Origin: Methanobacteriota archaeon
Lineage (GTDB): Archaea; Thermoplasmatota; Poseidoniia; Poseidoniales; Poseidoniaceae
Direction: 5' to 3'
Assembly (NCBI GenBank): GCA_002722135.1
Contig: PBKJ01000023.1
Coordinates: 3,278-67,277, forward strand
Length of the DNA stretch: 64,000 bases
The position numbers and the translations under genes were made by a program. Under the pieces are notes generated by a model. That model did no database searches and had not been told where the DNA came from. It worked only from the letters and a program-made list of their open reading frames with translations. How positions within the stretch are numbered: the first letter of the stretch is position 1; every line of letters starts with the position of its first letter. Of the stretch, positions 44,266 through 53,040 are shown piece after piece.

Positions 44266-46011
44266 ATGACCGACGAAGAGCGAACCCGTGCTCACCGTGG
44301 GTACATGATGTACGACTGGGCCAAATCGGGTTTCGAGACCTCGGTGGTCGTGGCGGTCCTCCCGGCTTGGTTTGCCTACCTGTTCATCGCGGCCAACGGT
44401 CAGGAGATGTCCTTCCTTGGCATGACCCAAACCGCCGACGGCATTTTCGCACTCGTGACGGCCTCCGCCGCCCTGCTTGTTGCAATCATCTCTCCAGGAT
44501 TGGGGGTCATCGCAGACCGTATTCCAATCAAACAGCTCATGCTTCGATGGGCGACCATCATCGCGTCAGCCGCCACGGTTTTGCTTGGCCTTGCCTTGTT
44601 CCTCCCGATCGAAATCCGGTGGGCGTGGTTGGCGATCATGTACCTCATCGCGAACATCGGGACCAACGTCGGTAACGTGTACTACAACGTCCTCCTGCCC
44701 CACATTTGCAAGGACGAGGAAGAGCTTGACCGTATTTCCACAGGCGCCTACATGTACGGCTACATCGGCGGCGGATTGCTCCTCGCGACCCACCTTGGGC
44801 TGGTCATTGGCACTGGATACGCCGATTGGGCGACCGCATTCGCGCTGTCCACCACCGGTTTGTGGTTCTTCGGCTTCGCAACGTACACCTTCAACCGGGT
44901 CCCTGAGCCGCCCATCGTCATCGAACTCGAAGAGAAACTCACCCTTGGTTCGGCCACAAAATTGGCGATCTCTGAAGTCAAGGGAACCATTGGCGAGTTC
45001 TTTGGCACCTACCGCATCCTCGGGCTTTACCTCCTCGCCTACCTTTTGTTCATCGACGGCATCAACGCGGTGACGGGTCTTGCCGGCGCCTACGGTGCAG
45101 GTGTACTCGGTGTGCCCCTGGTCGCCAACATGGCCGTGATCCTTCTGGTGCAGTTCGTGGCGTTCCCCTCAGCCGCGTTTTTCATCAAGGTGGCCAAATG
45201 GACCTCCACCAAGACCACCGTGATGATCACGTGCACGCTTTGGGTCGTCGTGGTCTTGATGGCGATTTCCTTCGCGCCCTTGCCTCTCGATGCGCATGAC
45301 GACCACGATTTCCAAGTGGAATTCCAAGACGACGGCACCTACTCGATCGTCAACGCGACGGATTTCATGATGGCTCCACTCGGCTCGGACCAAGAATTCC
45401 GAGAAACCACGGCAGGTTTGCTTCCGTTTGAGGAGTATAACGCTGACCGTGACCGCATGGAGTTTACCGGCGAGGCACGGACGTTAAGCGCGGCTCAACT
45501 GGAGGCCTTGTTGGACCATCTCGACGGCTCACGATTCAGTTTGAGCGTGCAAAACGGCAGCATGGCTGGCTTCTACGCAGGCGACGATCACCCAACCAGC
45601 CTCGGAGATGGGCCCGTTGATTTCATTCCAGAGAAAGCTCGGCAATGGATTTGGGAACCGTTGAACATGGGCATTTCCGTCCAATGGCTGTTCATCGGCA
45701 TCGGTGCAGGGTTCCTCCTTGGAGGATCTCAGGGCATGGCCCGCTCCTTGTTCTGTCAGATGGTGCCTGAATCACGAAGTGCAGAATTCTTCGGTTTCAT
45801 CGGCTTCTTTGGTCGTGCGGCTTCGTTCATTGGTCCTGCCCTGTACTTCGGCGTCAGCGGCATAGCCGATGCTCGGACGGCCATTCTGTCGATCATGCTC
45901 CTCATCGTGTTCGGTGTCATTCTGACGTGGTTCGTCGACGTCGAAGAAGGGGCGCGCATTGCTGCTGAGGAAGACGCAAAGTACGCACAGATGTCCGCAG
46001 AAGGGGAGTGA
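44266..46011 (+). CDS. MFS transporter, UMF1 / Atg22-like family, with a large soluble insert
   Basis: Contains YMMYDWAKSGFETSVV, typical of UMF1, and about 12 TM helices. The start is uncertain: ATG 44266, 44230, 44221 or the track TTG 44176. Confidence 0.75.
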   Translation: MTDEERTRAHRGYMMYDWAKSGFETSVVVAVLPAWFAYLFIAANGQEMSFLGMTQTADGIFALVTASAALLVAIISPGLGVIADRIPIKQLMLRWATIIASAATVLLGLALFLPIEIRWAWLAIMYLIANIGTNVGNVYYNVLLPHICKDEEELDRISTGAYMYGYIGGGLLLATHLGLVIGTGYADWATAFALSTTGLWFFGFATYTFNRVPEPPIVIELEEKLTLGSATKLAISEVKGTIGEFFGTYRILGLYLLAYLLFIDGINAVTGLAGAYGAGVLGVPLVANMAVILLVQFVAFPSAAFFIKVAKWTSTKTTVMITCTLWVVVVLMAISFAPLPLDAHDDHDFQVEFQDDGTYSIVNATDFMMAPLGSDQEFRETTAGLLPFEEYNADRDRMEFTGEARTLSAAQLEALLDHLDGSRFSLSVQNGSMAGFYAGDDHPTSLGDGPVDFIPEKARQWIWEPLNMGISVQWLFIGIGAGFLLGGSQGMARSLFCQMVPESRSAEFFGFIGFFGRAASFIGPALYFGVSGIADARTAILSIMLLIVFGVILTWFVDVEEGARIAAEEDAKYAQMSAEGE

Positions 46012-46055
46012 ACAACGAGCAAGGATGATAGGACATCTGAACGACTTCCGATCAG

Positions 46056-46844
46056 ATGATGCCTCCGCCTGCCCCACTCCCTCCTCCTGATGACGACCCT
46101 TGGGACGAGTTCGATACTGCGCCTGCCATCGCTCCACCCATGCCCGGCCCACCGGCACAAACAACACCGGCAGCGGCCCTTCCCACGCCCCCACCGCCCG
46201 TTGAGGGCATGGCGCCTGTGGCTCCGGTGGTTCAACCACCGCTCGCAGCAGCCACACCATCCCCAGCAGAGGCTGCTGCCCCTGCCGCCCAAACCCCGGT
46301 GGTGGCCGCGGTGCCGGCAGCAGTTCCTGCTGCAGCCCAGCCTGTGACCACCAACCTCGGAGGCCAGCAGGTCATGATGCAAGCCGGCATGATGCCGGTC
46401 CAGGCCGCGACCGTCATGCAGGTGCCCGTTCCTGTCGTGAAAGAACCACGAGAATGGCCACCGATGACCCACATGATCGTCATGGCTGGTTTCGGACTTC
46501 TTCTCCTGACGGCCGTGTTGGCGCTGTTCGCCAACCTCGCCGACCCACCCTCAGCCTTGGATTTCCCCGTCGATGACGACGCTACCTTCGAAGAACTGCA
46601 GAGGGCAAGTGAGGACCTGACCTTGGCCGAGGACAAGTACGACCGACGCCAAGCCGTATACGGGGCGTTCTCGTTGTTCTTCGCGACCGTCGGGCAACTC
46701 GCCGTGGCGGCAGGTTTGCTGCTCTACACGGTGAACGATGGCGAGGACATGCCTGTGCCGGTCAGGGCCGTGTTGCTTGGCGGCGTGCTGCTCTTCCTCA
46801 TCCGTTTGTTGACCAATGGATTGGACCTCGCTGCACTGCTCTGA
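46056..46844 (+). CDS. hypothetical membrane protein with a P/A-rich disordered N-terminal half
   Basis: The first 120 or so residues are Pro/Ala/Val-rich (PPPAPLPPPDDDPWDEF...). They are followed by 3 TM helices. Confidence 0.5.
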   Translation: MMPPPAPLPPPDDDPWDEFDTAPAIAPPMPGPPAQTTPAAALPTPPPPVEGMAPVAPVVQPPLAAATPSPAEAAAPAAQTPVVAAVPAAVPAAAQPVTTNLGGQQVMMQAGMMPVQAATVMQVPVPVVKEPREWPPMTHMIVMAGFGLLLLTAVLALFANLADPPSALDFPVDDDATFEELQRASEDLTLAEDKYDRRQAVYGAFSLFFATVGQLAVAAGLLLYTVNDGEDMPVPVRAVLLGGVLLFLIRLLTNGLDLAALL

Positions 46845-46846
46845 GC

Positions 46847-47479
46847 CTAACTCAACCGGTGCTGCCAGCCCGGTTCGAAGTCGTCGAAGCCGTCGAATCC
46901 ATGGCCCTCGCTGTCCTCTGATTCGTCCACATCTTCGTCGTCAGGCAAGTGCGTGCACGCGGCCATGAACGCCCTGAATAATTCCCGATCGAGGTAGCGA
47001 TGACGGGACAGGATTTCCTGGATTGCGTCCGCTACACGCTGCATGACATGGTTGTCCGTGTGTGGGAGCAGGAGTTTTTGCCGGACGATGAGCCAATCGG
47101 CTTGGTCCACTGTCGTTGCGTTCGCAGGTTCAGGCAGGAAGCCCGTTCGTTGTGTTCCATCGATGGCGTTGGTGAAGAAGTCGAATGAAATTTGCTCGGC
47201 AGCTTCGTCTTCAATCTTCATGAAGACCTTGCGTATATCTCGGTGAACCGGCAGCACCATCCTCAAGATGATGACTTCATCTGAGTCGCCGATGCCGTAG
47301 GCTTCGAAAATGTGGTTCGCAATATCAATCAGCAAACTTCCTTCCCTTTCACGATACGGCCAATCTTCGAGATTAAGCGTCGAGGAGTCCTGATCGGCGA
47401 TGTACCCAAGCCTCCAACAGATTTCCGACAGGCGGTCCAAGGGGGTCCGGAATCCGTCCACGCCGCAGGTCTGTTGCAC
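46847..47479 (-). CDS. hypothetical acidic protein (210 aa) in a locally A/T-richer patch
   Basis: A clean ORF with no recognisable motif. It has an acidic DDEDVDESEDSEGHGFDGFDDFEPGW tail. Confidence 0.5.
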   Translation of the reverse strand: MQQTCGVDGFRTPLDRLSEICWRLGYIADQDSSTLNLEDWPYREREGSLLIDIANHIFEAYGIGDSDEVIILRMVLPVHRDIRKVFMKIEDEAAEQISFDFFTNAIDGTQRTGFLPEPANATTVDQADWLIVRQKLLLPHTDNHVMQRVADAIQEILSRHRYLDRELFRAFMAACTHLPDDEDVDESEDSEGHGFDGFDDFEPGWQHRLS

Positions 47480-47501
47480 GCGCGTTTGAAGCCTTCCATC
47501 C

Positions 47502-49103
47502 TCAAGAAAGCGGCGCGGGCGCCGCGGCGTTCACGGCATCGCTGACGCCGTCTGCGTAGCGGGCGAAATTTTCGTTGAACATCTGAGCCAAGCGGTCCGC
47601 GGTGGCGTCGTAAGCCGCGCCGTCGCCCCAGGTTTCCCGCGGCTGAAGGACGTCCTCGGGCACGCCCGGGCAGGACGTTGGAACTTCGAAACCGAAGCGA
47701 GCGTCGGTCACGTAGGCCACGCCATCGAGCTCACCGTCGAGCGCGGCGTTGAGCATGGCGCGCGTGTATCGAATCTTCATCCGCTCACCGACGCCATAGG
47801 CGCCGCCGGACCAACCGGTGTTGATCAGCCAGGCGGTCGCACCATGCTCGGCCATCTTGGCGGACAACAGGTCGGCGTACACGCCGGGGTGCATGGGCAT
47901 GAAAGGTTCACCAAAGCAGGCTGAGAAGGTGGCTTGAGGCTCTTTGACGCCGACCTCGGTTCCGGCGACCTTGGCGGTGTATCCGGAAATGAAGTGGTAG
48001 GCGGCTTGCTCTGGCGTGAGTCGGGAAATGGGTGGAAGCACGCCAAAAGCGTCGCAGGTCAGGAAAATGACGTTCTGAGGGTGACCTCCCCTCGAGTCAG
48101 CCGTGCGGTTGTCGATGAATTCGATTGGGTAGGAGCCACGCGTGTTTTGCGTCTTGCTGGTGTCGTGGAAGTCCGGCACGCCCGCGTCGTCGAGGACGAT
48201 GTTTTCCAAGACCGTACCGAAGCGACGGGTCGTCCCGAAAATGGCGGGTTCGTCTTCTTCGGAGAGGTCGATGAGCTTGGCGTAGCAGCCGCCCTCGAAG
48301 TTGAACACGCCGCTGGCGCCCCACCCGTGTTCATCGTCGCCCACCAGAGCGCGCTTTGGATCAGCGGACAGGGTGGTTTTCCCGGTGCCGGAAAGGCCGA
48401 AGAAAATGGCCGTGTTTTCCCCATTGGTGTTGGCGGAACAGTGCATGGGAAGGATGCCCTTCTTGGGGAGGATGAGGTTCATCACCGAGAAAATCGATTT
48501 CTTGATTTCGCCGGCGTAGCGGCTGCCGCCGATGATGACTTCTTTGGCCGCATAGTTGACGATGACGAAGACGTGCGAATTCACCCCATCCACGGCTGGA
48601 TCGGCCTCGAAATGCGGGGCATGAAGCACGGTGAATTGCGGCTCATGCTCTGCCAAACGCGCCGCATCGGGGCGCACAAACATGTTTCGCGCAAAGGCGC
48701 TGTGCCATGCGTTGTGCGTGACCACACGGATGGGCAGGGCTTCCGTGCGCTCTGCACCACAGTACAAGTCCTGCACGAAGAGGGCGTCACGTGCCTCGAG
48801 GAAGGCGACGACTTTGGCCCTCAGGGCCGTGAAGGTCGCAAGGTCGGTGGACACGTTGACGTCGCCCCAATTGATGTCCTCAGAGGTGCTCGCCTCGTCG
48901 ACGATGAATTTGTCGTTGGGCGAGCGACCCGTGCGCTCTCCAGTTTCGGTCACCAACGCACGGTGGGCTGAGAAGACGCCTTCGCCACGTTCCACCGCGA
49001 GTTCGATGAGGTCGGGCGCCTCCAAGTTCCAGTGCACGTCACCTTGGGGGGTGAGGCCATGTTGGCTGAGGTCGCCGCTGATGCTGCCAAGGGTGGCGGG
49101 CAT
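47502..49103 (-). CDS. pckA: phosphoenolpyruvate carboxykinase (ATP)
   Basis: Internal ATG 49103. Contains TGERTGRSPNDKFIV, FFGLSGTGKTTLS (kinase-1a), GDDEHGW, FNFEGGCYAK and WLINTGWSGG. Confidence 0.95.
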   Translation of the reverse strand: MPATLGSISGDLSQHGLTPQGDVHWNLEAPDLIELAVERGEGVFSAHRALVTETGERTGRSPNDKFIVDEASTSEDINWGDVNVSTDLATFTALRAKVVAFLEARDALFVQDLYCGAERTEALPIRVVTHNAWHSAFARNMFVRPDAARLAEHEPQFTVLHAPHFEADPAVDGVNSHVFVIVNYAAKEVIIGGSRYAGEIKKSIFSVMNLILPKKGILPMHCSANTNGENTAIFFGLSGTGKTTLSADPKRALVGDDEHGWGASGVFNFEGGCYAKLIDLSEEDEPAIFGTTRRFGTVLENIVLDDAGVPDFHDTSKTQNTRGSYPIEFIDNRTADSRGGHPQNVIFLTCDAFGVLPPISRLTPEQAAYHFISGYTAKVAGTEVGVKEPQATFSACFGEPFMPMHPGVYADLLSAKMAEHGATAWLINTGWSGGAYGVGERMKIRYTRAMLNAALDGELDGVAYVTDARFGFEVPTSCPGVPEDVLQPRETWGDGAAYDATADRLAQMFNENFARYADGVSDAVNAAAPAPLS

Positions 49104-49257
49104 GACGCGCGGTTTAACCGACCCTCTTAGGCCCTTGCGGTCAGGGCGAGCCGGTGTGGCCAGCAACACCGCCTCAAGACCTCGACCGAGCCCCCGAAAC
49201 ACATGATTTCTCGCCGTGAACCCCGAGGCTTGAAGTTCAACACGCCAAGACCGTGGC

Positions 49258-52200
49258 ATGGAAGAACCGCAGGAGGACGACCTCCTCCGGGAGCGCGCCT
49301 TCCAGCGCGCAGGTGGCTTGGACCTGTCCGGCTTCGCCTTGAACGTGGAGCCTGAGGCGGCCCACGAGGGGGGCGCCGAGGAATCCACGGCCGAGGCCGA
49401 CGCTGCTATGGGCGACATCCAGTCTCCGTTTGGACCCACTTCTGAGTCGAACGAACCGGCCGACGACGTGGTGACCGGTCTGGCCGTTGAAGGCGAGCGT
49501 CGCCTCGGACAGGGCTTGCTTGTCGCGATGGTGGTGGCGTATTCTGCGCTGGCTGCATACGTGGGCACGGCCCTTCCGCCGAGCGTGGCCGCTCCGGGCC
49601 TGCTCGTGCTCGGTGGAGCAGGATTGTGGCTTGGCGAGCGGTGGATTCCACGGCCTTCGATGCGCTTGCTGGGCGTGACATGGGTCATCATTTCGATGAA
49701 GATCCTCTACGGATTCGCACTGGATGCGCACCATTGGGGGTGGTTTGACGCCCTGCCGGACGCGGGCCTCGGCCTTGGCATCTCGTTGCTGTGCTTGGTC
49801 GGGCTCAACGTCGGGTTGGCCCAGCGTCATGATGACGATGCCATCGCTGCCCAGGCGACCCTGATCCTCCTTCTCGTCGGCAGCGCGGCCGGGGGCTTGT
49901 ACGGTGAGCTTGGCGTGGCGGTCATGATCGCCATTGGAACCCTTGTGCTGCACGGCATGGCTCTGTTGAGGGGAACAGGGAACCTCGCGAGCCTCGGCAT
50001 CGCGTCGTCGTACCTTTGGGTGGGCATTCACGCCCTGTCGGACGATTGGGTGGTGCTGGGATTGCATCTCGTGCCCCTCGAAGACGACCTCCTGACCTTC
50101 TTGCTCATGGCGGCCATCACCGGGATGAACGCGGTCATGGCCACACGTTTTGCGCATCACGAGAACTGGTTTTCTGCCGGATTGCACGCGGTAGGGGTCG
50201 GCCGCCCTGGTTTGTGGGCGGTGTCCGTCGGCCTCGGCATGGCGGGCGCCACCCTCTCTGTCGCCGCGAACCGTGCTGATGTCGGGTACGCCTTGGCCCA
50301 AGTCGCGTTGTTGTTGATCGCCTTCTCAGGGTCCTACTTGACCGTCCGACACGTCCCATGGCCTTCCTTGCAACTCTGGGTGCTTTGGCTGCCCGCCGTG
50401 TTCACGTTGGCGGCCATCCCGATGGCAGCGCTTGAGGTCGATTTGGCCGGGCTGTCGGTCTACGCGGTTCACGCCGGGTTGATGGTTGCCTGCACGTCGG
50501 TGGTGGTGCTGCAACACGAGGCCAACGTGTCCGATCACGTCCTTTGGGTGGGATCCATCGCGCTGGTCGTCTTGCTGACCCTCTTGGTCCCAGCAGGCAG
50601 CGGCGACGCGACGCAGCCCCTGTTGGTGGGCGGTGTGCTGACGGTCTGGGCGGGTTTGGCGTGGCTTGCGTTGCGCCGCGACGCGCCTTCATTGGCCGGC
50701 ATCGCGGTGCTGAGTCCATGGGCTTGGGCCATGCTTTTTGTCGGTGATTTCGATGATCGCCTTTTGTCCAGCGATGTTGTGGCCATCGAGCTCAACAGTC
50801 CGCTGCTGGCCTCCTTCCTTGCCGGTGCGATGCTGATCACCTATGCCGTCAACCTCCGGCTGGGCGATACGGGCGTGAACCTGGGTCGAAATTTCACAGG
50901 TGGCACCGAACTCAGCGCCCGCATACGGGATGCAGGCAGCCTCGATTTGTGGGCAACAGGAACGGCGATGGCTTTGCTCACCGTCGTGGTCGCGCTCCTC
51001 GGAGAGGGCCTGCCGCTTGACGTCGGGTTGATGCTGCTCGTGACCCCTGTCCTCGCCGAGGCCTTGGTGGCCTTCTTTGGCGGCCGAAGGCATCACCCCC
51101 GACGCACGTTGACCTTGACCGGCGTCGCTGCGTTGATGGTGACGTGGAACCTTGGTCACGCCTCTGTGGTTTCTGCGGCCTTGCTCCTCTCGGTCGCTCT
51201 TCTCATCATCGACGGCGCCAAGCGGCGTGAGCGCGTTGAGAATCTGGATGAATTGGCGGACATGGACGTGGACGAAGGAGGCCTTCATGCCCTCCTGCTC
51301 GGCCTTCTGATGCTCTTGGCTTTGGTGCGCTGGTTGCAGCCTCAGCAAGGTTCGCCCGAAGGTTTGGGCTTGGCCATGGATGCCACCTTGATGGGGGTCA
51401 TCGTGGCCTTTGGGTTGTCCTTCTTCCTCCGACGCGAGGTATTGAGCGGACGGTTGCTCACCAATGTGTTGTGCGCGCTCGGTCTGCTTGTGGCCATGCT
51501 GTTGGTCAGCCTCGAAGCGGAATTGCTCGGCCTCCAAGCGGCGCTCGGGGGCATGTTCGTCGCCACGGGGGGATGGTTGAGCGTTCAAGGAGAAATGAGG
51601 AGCGCGCTGCAAACCACGTCCCGCATCGAGGAACGCCGTGAGGAACAGGCGGCCCTTGAGGCGCGTCGGAGTGAATTTGCCGAGCGAGTCGGGCAGACCG
51701 ACGGGACGGCCATGCATCGCCTTGACCAATCCTCCGAGGGTTCGTCCCTTGACGTCGCCAGCGCCGCAGATCTGCGCAGGAAGGCCGAACGAGCCACGGC
51801 TCGCCGTCCGAAAGTTCAGCCAACCGACGAAACCCTCGACGGCATCGAGCACCGTCCAACGGTCCTGATGGCCTTCATCGGTGCGACCGCACTGAGCGGC
51901 GCCGTGTGGTCATGGCTTGGTGGACACCATGCGCTCGCCTTGGCGGGTACGGCCTTGCTGATCACCGCCTTCATCGGACTGGCCCGTTGGTCCGCAGACC
52001 GACTGTCAATGCCTCTGCCTCAGGTGTTGGGGATTGACGCACCAGTTGCGTTGGGACTTGCTGGCTTGGTGCTGGTCGAGATCACAGGGCGAGTCGGGGG
52101 ATTCGTGGTGCTCTTGAGCGATCAATTGCACCTCTTGGCGTTCGTGCTTGGATCCTTGCTGGTGGCTTCCATGCACGTGCTGGGACGGGACCAACTTGGA

Positions 52201-53037
52201 CTGCGCTTGCCGGCTTTTGCCGACGCGCTGCTGTGGGCGCTCGTGGCAGGACGTGTCGTGACCTTGTTCGTCGGCGGCGAGGTTCCGGTTCCCTTGCGTG
52301 TGGACCCCTTCGCGGGTGAAGCGCTGAACTGGATTGTACCGCTGATGGTCCTCGAAGCAGCGCTTCTAGGCCTCGTCGCACTTCACGAGTGGGTGGAAGG
52401 CATGCGACGGCAACGCGGCCTCGCCGACCAGCGAGGTGCTGGAGGGCGTGCAATGACGGCCCTGCTGGTCGTTCCCCTATCCTTCGGGCCAGCGGGGCTT
52501 CTTGCTTTGATGGTGGGATTCCGACGCGGTCTCGCGTGGCGGCAACCTGCGGTGCCGTTGTTCACGGGCGTGGCTGTTCCTGCCGCGTGGGCTTCGCTGG
52601 TGTATTGGCTCGGCCCCACGCTCGGCATCGCGCTTCCAGGCATCGTCCCGGCCGCGCTGCTGTTCGGAGCGATGGCGTTGGTGGCGGCCGCGTGGACGGT
52701 GCTCGCCGAGCAACCGCTGTGGTTGGCCGCATCGTTGCAGGGCGGGCACCTCCTGCTCATTCCCGCGGCTTGGAGCGGGTATGGCCTCACAGGGGCGGTG
52801 GTGGCCCTGCTCTTGCTCAGCGGCTGGTCGTGGATCATCGGCATCCTCGTGCTGCGCCGCTCGTGGCGCGTGATCGGTTTGGCGGATCTCTTGGCGGCAT
52901 GGGTTGGATTCGGGATGGCCGTCATTGCAGGCGTGCCGGCCAACAGCGTGCTGGTGATGCTCGTCATCACCGTTGGGCTGCTTTCCGCAGTGACCTGGTT
53001 GACGCAACGTGACGCGGATGCGATTGCCGTTGACTGA
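49258..53037 (+). CDS. very large polytopic membrane protein (1259 aa, about 30 predicted TM helices) of unknown function
   Basis: An uninterrupted frame with an acidic soluble N-terminus of about 85 aa. Densely packed hydrophobic helices follow, interrupted by one charged loop (SRIEERREEQAALEARRSEFAERV...RRKAERATARRPK). Confidence 0.7.
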   Translation: MEEPQEDDLLRERAFQRAGGLDLSGFALNVEPEAAHEGGAEESTAEADAAMGDIQSPFGPTSESNEPADDVVTGLAVEGERRLGQGLLVAMVVAYSALAAYVGTALPPSVAAPGLLVLGGAGLWLGERWIPRPSMRLLGVTWVIISMKILYGFALDAHHWGWFDALPDAGLGLGISLLCLVGLNVGLAQRHDDDAIAAQATLILLLVGSAAGGLYGELGVAVMIAIGTLVLHGMALLRGTGNLASLGIASSYLWVGIHALSDDWVVLGLHLVPLEDDLLTFLLMAAITGMNAVMATRFAHHENWFSAGLHAVGVGRPGLWAVSVGLGMAGATLSVAANRADVGYALAQVALLLIAFSGSYLTVRHVPWPSLQLWVLWLPAVFTLAAIPMAALEVDLAGLSVYAVHAGLMVACTSVVVLQHEANVSDHVLWVGSIALVVLLTLLVPAGSGDATQPLLVGGVLTVWAGLAWLALRRDAPSLAGIAVLSPWAWAMLFVGDFDDRLLSSDVVAIELNSPLLASFLAGAMLITYAVNLRLGDTGVNLGRNFTGGTELSARIRDAGSLDLWATGTAMALLTVVVALLGEGLPLDVGLMLLVTPVLAEALVAFFGGRRHHPRRTLTLTGVAALMVTWNLGHASVVSAALLLSVALLIIDGAKRRERVENLDELADMDVDEGGLHALLLGLLMLLALVRWLQPQQGSPEGLGLAMDATLMGVIVAFGLSFFLRREVLSGRLLTNVLCALGLLVAMLLVSLEAELLGLQAALGGMFVATGGWLSVQGEMRSALQTTSRIEERREEQAALEARRSEFAERVGQTDGTAMHRLDQSSEGSSLDVASAADLRRKAERATARRPKVQPTDETLDGIEHRPTVLMAFIGATALSGAVWSWLGGHHALALAGTALLITAFIGLARWSADRLSMPLPQVLGIDAPVALGLAGLVLVEITGRVGGFVVLLSDQLHLLAFVLGSLLVASMHVLGRDQLGLRLPAFADALLWALVAGRVVTLFVGGEVPVPLRVDPFAGEALNWIVPLMVLEAALLGLVALHEWVEGMRRQRGLADQRGAGGRAMTALLVVPLSFGPAGLLALMVGFRRGLAWRQPAVPLFTGVAVPAAWASLVYWLGPTLGIALPGIVPAALLFGAMALVAAAWTVLAEQPLWLAASLQGGHLLLIPAAWSGYGLTGAVVALLLLSGWSWIIGILVLRRSWRVIGLADLLAAWVGFGMAVIAGVPANSVLVMLVITVGLLSAVTWLTQRDADAIAVD

Positions 53038-53040
53038 GGG

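Noticed and set aside
49104-49691. N-terminal 196 codons of the 729-aa pckA track ORF
   Set aside because: The extension is S/P/R-rich and overlaps the start of the giant membrane gene on the other strand. PckA homology begins at ATG 49103.
49237-51852. Minus-strand ORFs of 354 aa and 387 aa
   Set aside because: They are antisense to the 1259-aa membrane protein gene and have a Gly/Arg/His/Gln-rich shadow composition.
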